Assembly: GCA_008369845.1 (NCBI GenBank)
Contig: MRSU01010439.1
Span: 1 to 35,979, forward strand
Source: Trichomonas gallinae
Lineage: Eukaryota
DNA length: 35,979 nt
Direction of reading: 5' to 3'
Program-made: the position numbers and the translations under genes
The notes under the pieces: generated by a model
Databases searched by the model: none
The model's input: only the letters and a program-made list of their open reading frames with translations
What the model was told of the DNA's origin: nothing
Shown: one piece after another, positions 9,277 to 21,900 of the stretch
How the letters are laid out: every line of letters starts with the position of its first letter
Position numbering within the stretch: position 1 is the first letter of the stretch

Positions 9277-9618
9277 TCAATATTTTGTTATAAATTCAAA
9301 TTCATCATCATATCTTTCTCTTCCACCAATTCTTTCACCTGAGTAAGCGTTGAATGATCTGTTTACAACAACTTGGACACCTTTAAACATTTCATTACAT
9401 CTTGCAGAGATTGCAGCATCTCTTAAGTTCTCGTTTGGGAATTAGATGAACGCAAATATGTTGGTTTTTGATTTCTTAATAATTTTGCAGGTAGATGGAT
9501 TATAATCCTTGAAAAAATTCATAATATCATTTTTCGATGTATTCCGTGGAATTGGACCCATCCACGCTGTCTTGCACCTGCTCTTCTCCAATGACTCGCC
9601 ACCATACCTGTAAAACAT
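9277..9618 (-). pseudogene. Single-RRM RNA-binding protein gene interrupted by one in-frame TAA (absent from the ORF track)
   Basis: Manual translation: MFYRYGGESLEKSRCKTAWMGPIPRNTSKNDIMNFFKDYNPSTCKIIKKSKTNIFAFI*FPNENLRDAAISARCNEMFKGVQVVVNRSFNAYSGERIGGRERYDDEFEFITKY*. RNP2 is AWMGPI and RNP1 is TNIFAFI*F. The stop is codon 59 (9442-9444). Confidence 0.8.
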
Positions 9619-10492
9619 GCAAGAAAGCTTCTATAAAAATGAACCCTGTCTTATCACAGAAAATAATGACTAGCCAAATAAATTCATCTAAAACACAAAA
9701 TTGTTATTCCAGTACTATATGAGATATAGACCGTTTTATCATTTTCTCTCGTCTTATAAAATTTTTCAAAGATATTCCATAAGACAGAGATGTTTATATT
9801 CATATATGTAAATATATGACTTTTAGTGGTGTGTCAATGTGATAAATGTTGTAAATCTCTGTTGATTATTTTTGATTTGTGTTAAATCATATTTAATCAA
9901 ATAATCAATTAGCTTAACTCATTATCTTCTTATATGAAAATGGAATTTTAAATTTTCCCGTCTTATGTTTTATCGAATTATATCAAATCATTTGCAATTT
10001 ATACATTGATTTAATATACTGTAAAAAGCAATGTGAAATTATTTTTAATCTGCAAACGCATGAATTTGATTATTGAATTATATTATATCATTTACAATTC
10101 ATATATTGATTTAGTATGCTATATAGTGCATTGTGAAATAACTATTTGTTTACAAATGCATGAATTTGATTATCAAATCATTTTTTTATCGATAACAAGT
10201 TATTGGAAAGCATCTGTGAATTATGTTCTTTAATAATATTATATTTTGATGCTTTAAAATGCTATTTATTGAGGATTTTTGACGAAATTTTTGCGATTAA
10301 CGACCCAAAACTATGCATTTCATTTTTATGACCCATAAACTGTTTATATCAACAAGAAAATCATACAAATAAAAATTTGAAATTTTACAAAATATAATCG
10401 TACGTTTTTAACATGATAATCAGCATCTAAGAATGTAAAACTGTTTATTTCCAGCAAAGATTTTAAATAACATATAAAAACATTTTTTTCTG

Positions 10493-11857
10493 ATGGAGCA
10501 ATATCCTAGCGGACAGGGCTCCCAGCGGCAGGATCAACTCCAGGGGTCACCTGGATCACCAGTGAACGGTGCTGGGCTCAATGGTGACGTAAATCAAGCC
10601 GATCAGCAATTTCCAGATATTTCAAATTTCCTCAGCCAGCCGAAGATGAGTGTTAAGAGAATATTAAAGCATACAGTCACTGTTAAACTCATAGCATCAA
10701 AACATCCGCAAATCGTTAACTATATTCAGACGAATATTAATGATTTACTTACAATAATATTTTCGAATCACGAACGACTTGCTGCACAGGCATATACAGT
10801 ATTTGGACACATACAAAGCGATTTAATAAATGCGATTTTAAATGACTCGAATTTAAACACACAGGTTGCAGATGTGCTTCAAAACAAGACGTCTTCGACA
10901 CGTATATTGTCCCGTGCATGCAATCTAACAGCTTTAACTCTCACAATGTGTCCAGGAGAATTTCCGCCATTATGTGATTATGTACAAGACTTTTACCGAT
11001 ATATCGAAGAAGATCCGATCATGGACTTTTTCGAGGAGATCACTCAGGAGGATATTTCATATATTCCCATACAAGAATGGCTCGCTGCAATCGATTTTCC
11101 GCAAACAATCATAAACGAGATTAATACGATCGAAATAAACCCACAAAACGACGTTTTCAGTGACAAATCGTTACAAAAACTACGAAATTTGTTTAAATTA
11201 ATTCAATTTTCGAAAACTTCACCTGCATTGATAGATTTGTTTAGATCAGCGGATATACTGAAGGTTATCATGAAGTACGAACATCTTCCAATAGAGCTTG
11301 AAGACGCTCGCTGGTCTGCTTTGGATGCAATATATTCTCAAGAGTCAGCAGAAACGATGATCGGGTTGTTTGATCACGTGTTCAAATGCATCTCAGAGCC
11401 CTATGTGCAAATCCATAGATATAGGGTCACAGCGCTTCAAATTTTGCGACAAATGGTTCAATACGACAAAACTTTGGTTCCTCGCTTCAAAAAACCACAG
11501 ATATACCAAATACTCTTGAGGACTATACTGCAGTTCAGGGAGAACTCATTCGCTCTGCTTGCTGTTGAAGAATTTCTCGGCGAAGTTTTTAAGAACAAGC
11601 AATTGAACGTTTTATACGCTCAGGCCCTTATTCCTCCGCTGATGTTTGAAGGCATCAAAAGAGAGAACATCTCAATGAATGCTTTTTCATTCAAGGTCAT
11701 AGAATCAGCTCTTTCTGTTGCTGCGAAAGACAGAGAATTCAAGATGGCTCTGCTCAAGATTGAAGAGTTTGACGCGTTCGTTACGAATGAGCTAAGGAAG
11801 AGGAGACAGATAATGAAAGAGGGCTACGGAGGCAAATTACCTGTTGTATGGGCTTGA
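10493..11857 (+). CDS. Hypothetical alpha-helical (ARM/HEAT-like) protein, 454 aa
   Basis: Long intact ORF with a disordered Q/G/S N-terminus followed by amphipathic helical repeats. Loose resemblance to SAPS/SIT4-associated proteins is only a guess. Confidence 0.8.
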   Translation: MEQYPSGQGSQRQDQLQGSPGSPVNGAGLNGDVNQADQQFPDISNFLSQPKMSVKRILKHTVTVKLIASKHPQIVNYIQTNINDLLTIIFSNHERLAAQAYTVFGHIQSDLINAILNDSNLNTQVADVLQNKTSSTRILSRACNLTALTLTMCPGEFPPLCDYVQDFYRYIEEDPIMDFFEEITQEDISYIPIQEWLAAIDFPQTIINEINTIEINPQNDVFSDKSLQKLRNLFKLIQFSKTSPALIDLFRSADILKVIMKYEHLPIELEDARWSALDAIYSQESAETMIGLFDHVFKCISEPYVQIHRYRVTALQILRQMVQYDKTLVPRFKKPQIYQILLRTILQFRENSFALLAVEEFLGEVFKNKQLNVLYAQALIPPLMFEGIKRENISMNAFSFKVIESALSVAAKDREFKMALLKIEEFDAFVTNELRKRRQIMKEGYGGKLPVVWA

Positions 11858-11989
11858 GCTATGCTTATTTATATGTTTGTTGTTTTATATTAAATCTTTA
11901 TGTAATTATTATAGTATTAAATATCACACATTGCAACAATTTTGATGAAAAATATTCCAAAGAATATCGTCGAAATGCATGTAAAGTGT

Positions 11990-12890
11990 TTGGAATATTA
12001 CCTACAGGTAACATTTGCTGTATTGCTTATTATGGAGCAACTGAAAACAAAGAAGAATGTAAAAATATACTTCACTAAATTAGAAAATGCTATGATACTT
12101 TTTTGGCTTAATTTTCGACATCTTTTATCGTGGACCTGAATATGTTCAGGCTCCTTCTTTATTCCAAAATCTTGAAACAGGAATGATTCAAAATAGAGAG
12201 TTCATAAAGTAGCTGATTATAGCTGTAATAACGAGTAGAGTATTTTTTTTTAAAACCAAGATATTTTTTCAACTACTTCAACTGATTCTCTCCTTTTTAT
12301 ATGCAAAGTTGAGAGACATGAGGTTCTAGAATTATCCTAAACTTTAGCATTGATTTCTATTCCACAAGCGAAATGAAAGAAATTGGTAGCAACATGTTGA
12401 CTATTATATGAAGCAAAAAACAAAGCTGTTAATTTGAAATTATTTTGTGCAATTACATATATTACAGGAACCATGAGATTTAAATCTTCTATGGACACCA
12501 ATTATGATGACAACATAAAAGAATCAATGATAATAACATGCAAAATTAAATTTTATTTCTGGAACACATAAGAGGGAAAATTGGCATGAATTAAATATAA
12601 AAGTGCATTCTTAGATATCATCACATGCATTGAGTAAGCATATTAGCTAATATCAACACAATGAATTTGATGAAAATAATATTACATTAATTATTCATAC
12701 TTTCTCCAATATATTCGTCAAGAGATCATTGTATAGGATTGATATGAATGAGGAAAAAAGAATTGATGTGTGATCAAAACAATCAAAACCCAATAAGATT
12801 GATGTAAATTATGTTATTGAAATCAATGCTTAAAATAGCATGATAATCAGGGCAAAATAAGCTCGAATGCAGTCCAATAAAATTGAATTT
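11990..12890. pseudogene. Decayed ankyrin-repeat gene fragments
   Basis: Plus strand YGATENKEECKNILH (~12030-12075) and ANINTMNLMKIILH* (~12646-12690); minus strand CGIEINAKV* (~12340-12370). These resemble the Trichomonas ankyrin unit HGANINEKD..G.TALH, with many stops. Confidence 0.35.
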
Positions 12891-14311
12891 GGTTAAAAGT
12901 ACGAAATTCCATTATTCTCATCTGAGATATACTGTATAGATAGATAAAAATCAAGTGACTTGGTTAGATTTCGAGTTTGCGAAATTTTGAGAAATCCACT
13001 TACAGTAAGGTAACATGATTTCGCAGCGAATTTCACATCTAAACATTGCAGCGGAATTGCATACGACGTAAAATTAGGATTAATTAACATTTCACAAAAT
13101 ATTGTGTAAACGCGGTGTTGTTGTTTGGTTGTTAATAGCAAGCAAACGGGAATATTGAAAGAAAAACAATATGTAGAATTACGAGATTGATAGGAAATAA
13201 TTGAGTTACAAGAAAATTGAACCGTAAATATTGCTTAATAAAGCGATATGGACTCAATGAAATGATTTTCGCGAAAAGCTTAAAATTGATTGTCATTCAA
13301 ATAGCAATCGAAACATAATCATATTAAACAGCCTGTATAACTGGAATTTAATCAAAAATAATTCTGGGGTTTTAAATTTTTGTTATTGTAAATATGGGGA
13401 ATCTTATTTTTGCTGATGGAATTTTAATTTTTGAAAGGAGAAAAATTCTAGATAAAACGATATTTAAAATTCTATTTCAGTATTCAAAAGTTGGATTTTG
13501 GAATTTACCTGATAAATAAAATCTACATTCTTTACCATTTCGAAATATCACAAAATATAGTAGATAATTGAGAGATCACATTTTATGGATGAAGAAAATA
13601 ACGGGCGCAAATTGTAATGGTAAATTGTTATGCATAAAATGGAATAATTTTCAGCTGATTAAATTTTCGTTTCTATGGAAATTAATCGTATTTATGAATT
13701 TCGATTTACTATATATGATTTATTTAGCATCTGTTAAGCAGCAAAATTTTCATCTAAATAATGAATCGAAAACTGCCAATTTTTTCTTAGATGAAACTAG
13801 TTTACATTTTGGTTAATTGCATAATAATGCTATATTACGAGCTTTGATTAAATTCCTTTGAATCTGCAACGAAACTAAAAGAACTGAATTTATAACATTT
13901 AAAATGCTCCAATGTTCTAGATACAATTTTTAAACAGAAATGTTTCGTAAGCCATTTTTGTTGCTTTTCCAATTTGCATATTCAAAAAGTGTTCCGAAAG
14001 AAATTTTTCAATAATTTACACCACCTTCATTTATATAAAATTTCGACGAATTTTGCTTAAATTCTGACATATTGATATATTGACAATGCTCAATCTCAAT
14101 GAAAACGTTATTTGTTATTCTATCTCAATTTTTTTTCTTATACAAAATTATCTATACATTTATAATATTAATCTTATTCTCGAAGAATTTCTGAGTGGTT
14201 TTTTATTATCAATTTTTTCTTTGTGAAAATATATTAATCTCCGCAAGTAGTTCATTTAAATTGCTAATTTATATAAAAAAACAAATTCAAAGAATTCAAT
14301 TAGAGGATGGT

Positions 14312-14320
14312 AAAAGTGAC
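14312..14320 (+). promoter_or_regulatory. M2-like motif AAAAGTGAC upstream of the IBD gene
   Basis: Matches the T. vaginalis M2 promoter motif (AAAGTGAC), about 43 nt before ATG 14363. Confidence 0.5.
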
Positions 14321-14362
14321 AATTTTGAGAAATTTATCGGCACTAATTTAAAAAAAAATTTA

Positions 14363-15061
14363 ATGCTTGTTGACGTTCCATATTTCAACATATTAGTAGA
14401 GAGTGACCAGAACAAATACCTCGAACTAAGGAAATTACTTACATCTGAGAACATGCGCTATCAAAGAAATCGCAGAGTCGATACATTTGACTCTATTTTA
14501 GATAAGATTCATAACTTCTGCATAAGAGGAGATGAGGACGATTGGAAGAGATGCATGGTATGCGGAGTCTGCTGGTTAAACGGTCTCTTGGCTATCAACG
14601 TTAAACAATTACAGATTCTTACAGACAAATCTAAATCAAACATCAATGGTGTACTCGCAAAGCTTGGATACTCTCAGGCCCAGAACGGAGTGCATAAGAA
14701 GGAGCTTATAGATGCACTTCCATTCCTCAAAGGCAACTATTTAGAACAAAGATTTTGGACAATTAGAGTTAAGCCAACTAGCTGCCAGTCACCATCTAGC
14801 TCTTGCTCTGAGTACGCATCAAGCCCTGAGGTACAATACTCCGAAACACCGCAGCCATCAATTCATTTCGATTTAGTTGAGCCACCTTGCAGCCGCGACC
14901 TCAAGAATCTCTTTAATGTTATTGACATGAAAATATTCGACGGATTAGAATGCGGTGCAGATCCGAATGAAATTGACTTCTTCGGTGATGTTACTTGCTG
15001 CTGCCCAGCTGAGTGGATTAATCCAATGGCTCCAACCGAGTCATTACTTACATTTGCATGA
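14363..15061 (+). CDS. Initiator-binding-domain (IBD, IBP39-family) putative transcription factor, 232 aa
   Basis: DQNKYLELR...RNRRVDTF...FCIRGDEDDWKRCMVCGVCW...AINVKQLQILTDKSKSNINGVLAKLGY...EQRFWTIR is the characteristic parabasalid IBD signature. The start is moved from GTG 14195 to ATG 14363. Confidence 0.88.
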   Translation: MLVDVPYFNILVESDQNKYLELRKLLTSENMRYQRNRRVDTFDSILDKIHNFCIRGDEDDWKRCMVCGVCWLNGLLAINVKQLQILTDKSKSNINGVLAKLGYSQAQNGVHKKELIDALPFLKGNYLEQRFWTIRVKPTSCQSPSSSCSEYASSPEVQYSETPQPSIHFDLVEPPCSRDLKNLFNVIDMKIFDGLECGADPNEIDFFGDVTCCCPAEWINPMAPTESLLTFA

Positions 15062-16269
15062 ATTGTTATTTTTTTATTCCATTTTAGTATTATACCATTT
15101 AAAAACTTCTTGACCATGATTAACTTTATTCGGATTTATTGATAAATAGTAGACATATTATTTTGAATATACCGATCATATATGAGTTCAATATGTTCAA
15201 TTTAATATAATCGTGATTATTAAATCTAGTCTTTTATTCCAATTTATATTTACATCTGCAATGTCCTCGGTAAGACATGCATGGATAAAGTATCCTTTTG
15301 GTATGCAATCCATGAAAAAATCTTCGATTATTTAAAAAATGATACGAATTTTCTTGATTCGACTTGACAATGTCCAAAACAGGACGAGTATATGCTGTAC
15401 ATGAGAAGAAAAGGTTAGCACGCGCCTATGTCATTGATCTCTATTTCGGACTTTTTTGATGCTTCATTAATTATTCGTTGACATACAGCTGTATAATAGT
15501 GATTATAACATTATATTAAAATGCTGGACTCTCAATGTTATTCAAAAACATTGAAATGATAATTCAGGAGATTTATTAAAGCTTGTTTAATTATCATTTG
15601 ACAATACTGAGGTATACAGTTTGCGATACTGGGATCCTATCTTAAACTCTGCCCATCGCAATCTAAATTAAATTTGGCAAATTAATTCTCAATTAACAAT
15701 CGCCGCGATCATTGTTAAATGCCTCTCATAATGTATACATTGATATTTTAATGATTAGCTCGTTTGAATAGCATATTCTAAGGAAATAATAAACAATAGA
15801 TCAGAAACCAGATTCAATGAGCGTCGTGAATCAGTATCAATCCCGTTCATGCTTAACAAGAAGTGGCATGGGTCGATTATTAATAAATATAATGATTTAA
15901 ATTAATTTCATGATAAATACATGAACCGAAGTGTGCTACAATGCAAACGGCTGTTAAATTCGATATATTTACGTATAAGCTATTCATTTCAATGTTGATT
16001 ATTAAATGAATGACAATTCGTAAAATTATTCAAAGTATTTTTTGCAACGAATGGAAACTAAGGAAGTCATATTTTAAATATAATGATAGATAGAAAGCTT
16101 TATCTAATGAGTAAATATGAATTACTGCATACAAACTGATAGTTTGATAATAATAATAAAAAACAAATGTCTCTGAATAAAATGGAACAAGAAGTTATTA
16201 ACTTGTGTGAGTTGAGTGTTAAATGGAATAATCTTCATATCATAACAGAAAATATTTTGAACAAAAATA

Positions 16270-16620
16270 TTATTGTTGTTGAAGTCGATCAACCGCTGAT
16301 TGAACCTGATTTTGTATGTTTAATGACCATGCTCTGATATCTCCAATTTCCTTAATTGCTTTATCAAGGTCATTAATCATTGTTGACCACTTTCCAAGCT
16401 CACTATTAAACTTCTCCCATTCATCACGGGCGTGCTTGCATTTGCGATCAATCTCTTTCTGATTAGATAAGATTTGTTCAGAACTTTTCGACATTTTTTC
16501 GAAAACAGCATCATTGAAAGCTGGAAGTGACTTATCAGTAATCTTTGCTTCTAACTCCTTCATTTGCGCCTTTTTATCTTTCTGTTTCTCCTTATGTTCG
16601 TCAGCGATTGATTTAAACAT
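16270..16620 (-). CDS. BLOC1S1: BLOC-1 complex subunit 1 (BLOS1 / GCN5L1)
   Basis: 116-aa coiled coil with EHKEKQ, NQKEID and the signature AIKEIGDIRAWS (cf. ALKEIGDVENWA). Confidence 0.85.
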   Translation of the reverse strand: MFKSIADEHKEKQKDKKAQMKELEAKITDKSLPAFNDAVFEKMSKSSEQILSNQKEIDRKCKHARDEWEKFNSELGKWSTMINDLDKAIKEIGDIRAWSLNIQNQVQSAVDRLQQQ

Positions 16621-16629
16621 ATTTCGCTA

Positions 16630-16736
16630 GTCACTTTTATATATTAGGCGTCACTTTTGATGTTTAAATGTCACTTTTTATTAAATGTCATTTTTCAACA
16701 TTATAATGTCACTTTTCAATATATTATGTCAATTTT
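16630..16736 (-). promoter_or_regulatory. Array of 6 M2-like AAAAGTGAC motifs, ~20-bp period, upstream of BLOS1
   Basis: Plus-strand GTCACTTTT or variants start at 16630, 16650, 16670, 16687, 16708 and 16728. Confidence 0.7.
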
Positions 16737-18125
16737 TTGATATTATTTATATTCTCATTTTTTTTGATTAGCGAAAAATCAACGAATGAGCTTTGGAACT
16801 CCCAGATTTAAGCATTCTTTTAGATACAGGAAGAATTTGCTATGTGACTTTGAATATTCTGCAAAATTGTCCAATCATGGAATATTATTTGCTACAAAAT
16901 CCTGCAAATATCTATTGAAACTCTTTCTTGCTTTCTACCAATTATATTTTTGAAGCAGCAATATCGATCTATGCATTTGTTGCAGGCCTATGAAGGTTAA
17001 AATAATTTTTGACACGTAAATTATAAAATTTTGACAACTATAAAAATTGATAAACGACAGTTCATAAAATTTTCTTTGGTCGATGTAAAATTATTTTATT
17101 TATTCATGCAATTTTGAATTAATTATTTTTTTTTCTAAAAATAGTTATCTATGTAATAAATAGATAATCTAAGTGAATTTTATGAATTATTCAAGAAATC
17201 GAAGAACAATGCACAATTACTAATCTGCAGTTAAACTAGAATATTATTTTCCAATAATTTTCGAAAAATAAAAATGTAATTTTTTCTGTTTTGAAAGAAT
17301 TTTCCTTGTCCTCATTCTAACTAAAGGTTATGAAGCGTTCCAATGCAACGTTATATTTTTGAACAATAACGTAGCGCATTATGGACAACATTGCGAAGAT
17401 ATTGTTTCAGCTCTTATTTAAGTCTTTTTGATCAAGAAATGCCATATCTGCAAGCTAAACAGTGACATCCTTGAATTTTGGTCAAGTTTGGATATATTGA
17501 GGAAATAGAGTTGAATGTGTAAAGAGATGATAATTTCTGCATATAACTGTATTTGGATGTGGTAATGTATCCTAAATCAGGTTTGGTTATGGTACATTAG
17601 CAAGAAAATTGAAATATCCTAGAGTAAAAAATTAAATTTCAAGCTATGTAAACACTCAAAAAATGGTAACTTGTTTATGGGTGTTAGGATTTAGATATAG
17701 GTTTATCAAAATCAGTGATATTGGGGTAAAATTAGCGCAAAATCGAATCAAATCTTGCATTTATATCGCGTTTGCACTCAGTAAGAGCTGAGCAAGGATT
17801 TTCCCGGTATCTATAAGGACGAATACCTGCTGAAAAAAATTTCAAACAATAATTTCTTTTATTTCATGTTTTTCTTCATGGTTAACATTCATCTTTTTCC
17901 ATAGCTATGCAATCTGCAGTCTAATCGAATATGATCGATGAAAAGATGAACGTTTTGTCACAATATAAAAAAATTTAAAAATATGCAATATAATGGTGTG
18001 ATACAAAATAATGAATTTTATATTTTTGAATTCTGTGATTCAAAGAAAATTCAAAATACTATAAACATGATGAACAGCAGGAATATAACGACAAAAATTG
18101 AATGCCTCTTAAAAATTGATTGACT

Positions 18126-18130
18126 CCTTT
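18126..18130 (+). promoter_or_regulatory. M5-like core promoter element CCTTT
   Basis: CCTTT lies about 21 nt before ATG 18152 in a leader with no TCAYT Inr. M5 is the described alternative initiator of T. vaginalis. Confidence 0.45.
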
Positions 18131-18151
18131 AAAAATAAAAATTTAAATTTA

Positions 18152-18559
18152 ATGTTTGCTCAGCAAGTTTACTATCATCAGCCGGGATACCATAACACAT
18201 ACAGTTATCCGTATAACCAGCCTGTGATTCCTCCTATGCCACAGGTGCCACCCACACCACCCAAAATAGCTTCCTTAAGCATTGATCTACCATCATACAC
18301 GTACGTGCCTACAAAGCAAGTGATTATCCCATTCGACCAAAAGCTCTCACACAATGGAATGTTCAACAGCATGGAAGAGGCAATGGCATTCCTTTCGAAA
18401 CATTGCGTCAAATACCATGGCCAGTTTACTCGTCAGCTCGCGCGAGTATATTCAAAACTCTGCTACGTTCTAGACCTAGTTAATGGGAATTACTGTCCAA
18501 TGAACGACTTGTCAAAGAAAGATTTCAACCAAACTTTCCTCAAGTTCGCCAAAAATTAG
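18152..18559 (+). CDS. Hypothetical protein (135 aa), Tyr/Pro/Gln-rich N-terminus
   Basis: First ATG is at 18152 (the ORF track starts at TTG 18116). GC is clearly raised across the ORF. Confidence 0.75.
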   Translation: MFAQQVYYHQPGYHNTYSYPYNQPVIPPMPQVPPTPPKIASLSIDLPSYTYVPTKQVIIPFDQKLSHNGMFNSMEEAMAFLSKHCVKYHGQFTRQLARVYSKLCYVLDLVNGNYCPMNDLSKKDFNQTFLKFAKN

Positions 18560-19910
18560 TAGGCCCGGTGTCTGTACTTGTCTCTTATAAACATGTTTTT
18601 TAGTTCGCAAATTCCTCGTTTTTTATCAATAATGATAACTCTGAAGCAACAAAATGAGTATTTAAATAATATTGTTGCTTAAAAGAACTATTTTTGCTAA
18701 AATCTTCAATAATTCATTTAGAATACCTTAATTATATAAATAAAACATGGCCATATATATTTGTAATTTGTTCAATTTCAGATCCAATGAAATTATACTA
18801 TCGATATGTTGAATAAATGACAATTCCGTGTTGTAGACCTATTTCCCACGGATTGTCTCAAAAATAGCATAATCAAGGATATTTTTCAAATTATTTTTCG
18901 AAATTGAAGATCATACATGTAAAAACATATCATTTTCCTAGTTATACCTTACTTAATTTATGGTACAAATACTATTGAGCTTATCCGAACAAAAAAAATT
19001 TGAGTTTTGTTTTCTTGTGAAATTATGCAACTATGCAACCAAATTCCCGTAAACTACATGGAGTATTTTGGATTTAATATTAGCTAAAAGCCACATTTCA
19101 AATTATTTTCTAACGATATAATTTTTTACACTATTCAACGAATAAACTTGGATAACTCGTCACAGGCATCATCCATAGGGCTCCTTTTTCACGGTTTTAT
19201 TAATAAGGTTTCAATCATGAAAAACAAAACTTGGATCTCATAGATATAATATCACATTCATACATATAAATTATTTATAAATTCCTAAGTTGCGAATACA
19301 ACAATTGAAAAAAGATTATTGAACAAATTTAAAAATAAATCTTTTATTTATTTCCGTATGACATTCAAGTTCTTTATTTTGTGCTAAAATCGGAGAAAAA
19401 GTTTCCGTTCAACGAAATTCGTTCCAAGTTTGGTTATCTCTTATATAGCATGAAATGCCTATCAACAGACAATTTAAATTCATCATCAAATTAAGTTTAT
19501 ATTTTTGGTCAAATGAATATTTTTGTCCCTCAAGTGTTGATGCCCAAAATATGTTGGAAACAATTTTTTGCAGCACAAAGAATTATCCTTTTAAATAACA
19601 TCACATCAGACAGTTTTGAATAACAAAAACCAATGAATCTATATCAATTTTCAAAAACATCAAATCAAAAATCCAAAATATCACACAGAGAATCGTATAA
19701 TCATGAGAAAATATGACGATTCAAAAAATCAAAATATATTTCGGAAAAATAATAAGTTAAAATCAATAAGTCGTGATTCGTAGTTAATCTGTAAAATTTC
19801 CTTTCGACACGATAACGATATCAGTTGCAAAGCTGATGAAATTTTAAAATGATTTTTATCATATAACGAAATTATAAACTATGCAATGATTTTAAATAGA
19901 AAAATATCAT

Positions 19911-20504
19911 TTAGCAGCATCCATCCTTCCTCTTCTTTGGTGTAGGATTGATTGTCTGTGACTTCGGCTGTGGAGAATCATTCTTGACTGCCTTAAGTGC
20001 GGCTTGAGCAATCATATTAAGTAACTTATCTATATTGATGCCATCCTTGGCAGATACTTCAATATATTCACCGCCAACTTCAGCGGCTATCTTTCTTCCC
20101 TGTTCTTCTGTAACTGTGCGATCTGGAAGATCGATTTTATTACCAACGACGAAGAGTGTTGGCATGACTGTTGTATTTTGCTTTAAGTTGTTAGACCAGA
20201 AAATAACTTCTTCTGATGATTCTGTGTCACCAACGGAAAATGTCAAAATGGCGACTTTTGCAGCACGGAAATACATTGGAACAAGATTCTTGAATTTTTC
20301 TTGACCAGCTGTATCCCAAATCTGTAACTTCACTGTTTCATTATCGACTGGAACTATTTTAGATGCGTAACAAGCGCCAACTGTTGCTTTAATTGAAGGG
20401 TCAAATTCGCCGGATGTGAATCTGGTAACCAAAGTTGTCTTGCCAACCATTGTTGCACCAAGAAGAACAATCTTTGCTTCAGGGATACCTTCGACGCCGG
20501 ACAT
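19911..20504 (-). CDS. Rab-family small GTPase (divergent, Rab5/21/22-like effector loop)
   Basis: GATMVGKTT P-loop, ATVGA effector region, WDTAGQE, NKID, SAK, and a C-terminal CC geranylgeranylation motif. Confidence 0.95.
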   Translation of the reverse strand: MSGVEGIPEAKIVLLGATMVGKTTLVTRFTSGEFDPSIKATVGACYASKIVPVDNETVKLQIWDTAGQEKFKNLVPMYFRAAKVAILTFSVGDTESSEEVIFWSNNLKQNTTVMPTLFVVGNKIDLPDRTVTEEQGRKIAAEVGGEYIEVSAKDGINIDKLLNMIAQAALKAVKNDSPQPKSQTINPTPKKRKDGCC

Positions 20505-21696
20505 GTAAATCTAAAAAGTGGTTTATCCCTCAAATTCAGAAAATGTCGATATTTGTGCATTTATATAGAATGTACATGATAAAAGGTCAATATTCCAATT
20601 TTGTCATTTTAAGTTATTTTGAATAGTTTACGAATTATATTGCAATCATAAAACACCATTTAATTACATATTTTGACTTTCGCGTAAATGTCACGTTTCA
20701 ACTTTTTAAATGAATTTTTGATTTCACTTTTTATAGAGCAAGCAATATCTGTATATTTCAAAAATACATAAATTTAACAAATCTTTTTCGAAAAGTGACA
20801 GAAAAGATATTTTTATGAAAAACTGAAACAACATAGTACATGGATATTTGAAACACTTCCAAAACCACCAAATTTTATATTGACATAGAAAAATTTTTCA
20901 GCAAAATTGTAATATTAAAAAAAGAACAAATATCTCCATTCCATTCCTGTTCTAATTTTTGAAATGTTGATTCAAAAGTGTTTTGATTTGCTGATGCATT
21001 AAGATGAATATGATAATATTTTGCTGTTTTAGATTTTAATCCCATTTGAAATTCTTTCAAACCTCCTTATCAAAAAATTCAATTCTTTTTTATATTTTTT
21101 ATTCAATTTAACTTTCATACTAAAACGATCTATTAACTAATAATATTAATATTTTACAATTTAATTTCTTTCCAAACCAAATTTTCAAATCATTTTTTGA
21201 CATTTTTTATTTATCATTTCGTTTATTTTTAACGATTTTTGTTTTTGTTAGCATTTTTCGGATTATAAAGTGGTTTCTCTTGATTTTCCTACACAATACT
21301 ACATCAATGCGATCCATATCTACTTATTACAATACATTTTATTAATATATCATTGTTGAACCGATACAAAGAAGAATTCTTTAATTGATATGTCTGTTAT
21401 AATAATGACTGCATACAGTTACTATATTAAATACAAATAATATTTTTTTTATAAACAAACAAAATCACAAAGTGAGATATATACAATTGATTAATTTTCA
21501 TTATGTAATGAAGTCTAATCTGCTATATTTTGACATTTGACAAATTTTGATCATATCATGAAAATATTCAAAATGTATACAGGATTTGGGTTCTAAAAGG
21601 GTTGGAAATGATTGGAATTGGTTTCATATGCATAATGAATGGGATTTGAACTATCAATGTAAACTGAGTAATATTTTTTGAGCTTTAAAATCTATT

Positions 21697-21900
21697 TCAG
21701 TCGAAGAATGTAGGTGTTTCTTCATCATTTTCTTCTTTCTGCTTACGAAGTTCTTTGATTAGAGCTGCTAAAGCCTCAGGATTTACTCCAGCTTCTGTAA
21801 GCTCTAAAAGGATAGAAAGCGTTTCCCTGTCAAGTCCAGTTTCAAGTATATTTGATAATTCATGAAGGGAGTCGAGTAAAACTGCTCTTTCGTTATCCAT
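21697..21900 (-). CDS. MZT1: MOZART1 / mitotic-spindle organizing protein 1 (gamma-TuRC subunit)
   Basis: [41 protein letters not shown] matches the MOZART1 consensus closely. Confidence 0.95.
   Translation of the reverse strand: MDNERAVLLDSLHELSNILETGLDRETLSILLELTEAGVNPEALAALIKELRKQKEENDEETPTFFD

Noticed and set aside
9442..9444. TAA-to-Gln genetic code reassignment
   Set aside because: TAA terminates well-defined genes in this window (BLOS1, Rab, CDC50), and no other long gene contains an internal TAA.
14195..14362. N-terminal extension of the IBD ORF from GTG 14195
   Set aside because: Non-ATG start, very AT-rich and contains the M2-like promoter motif; ATG 14363 is preferred.
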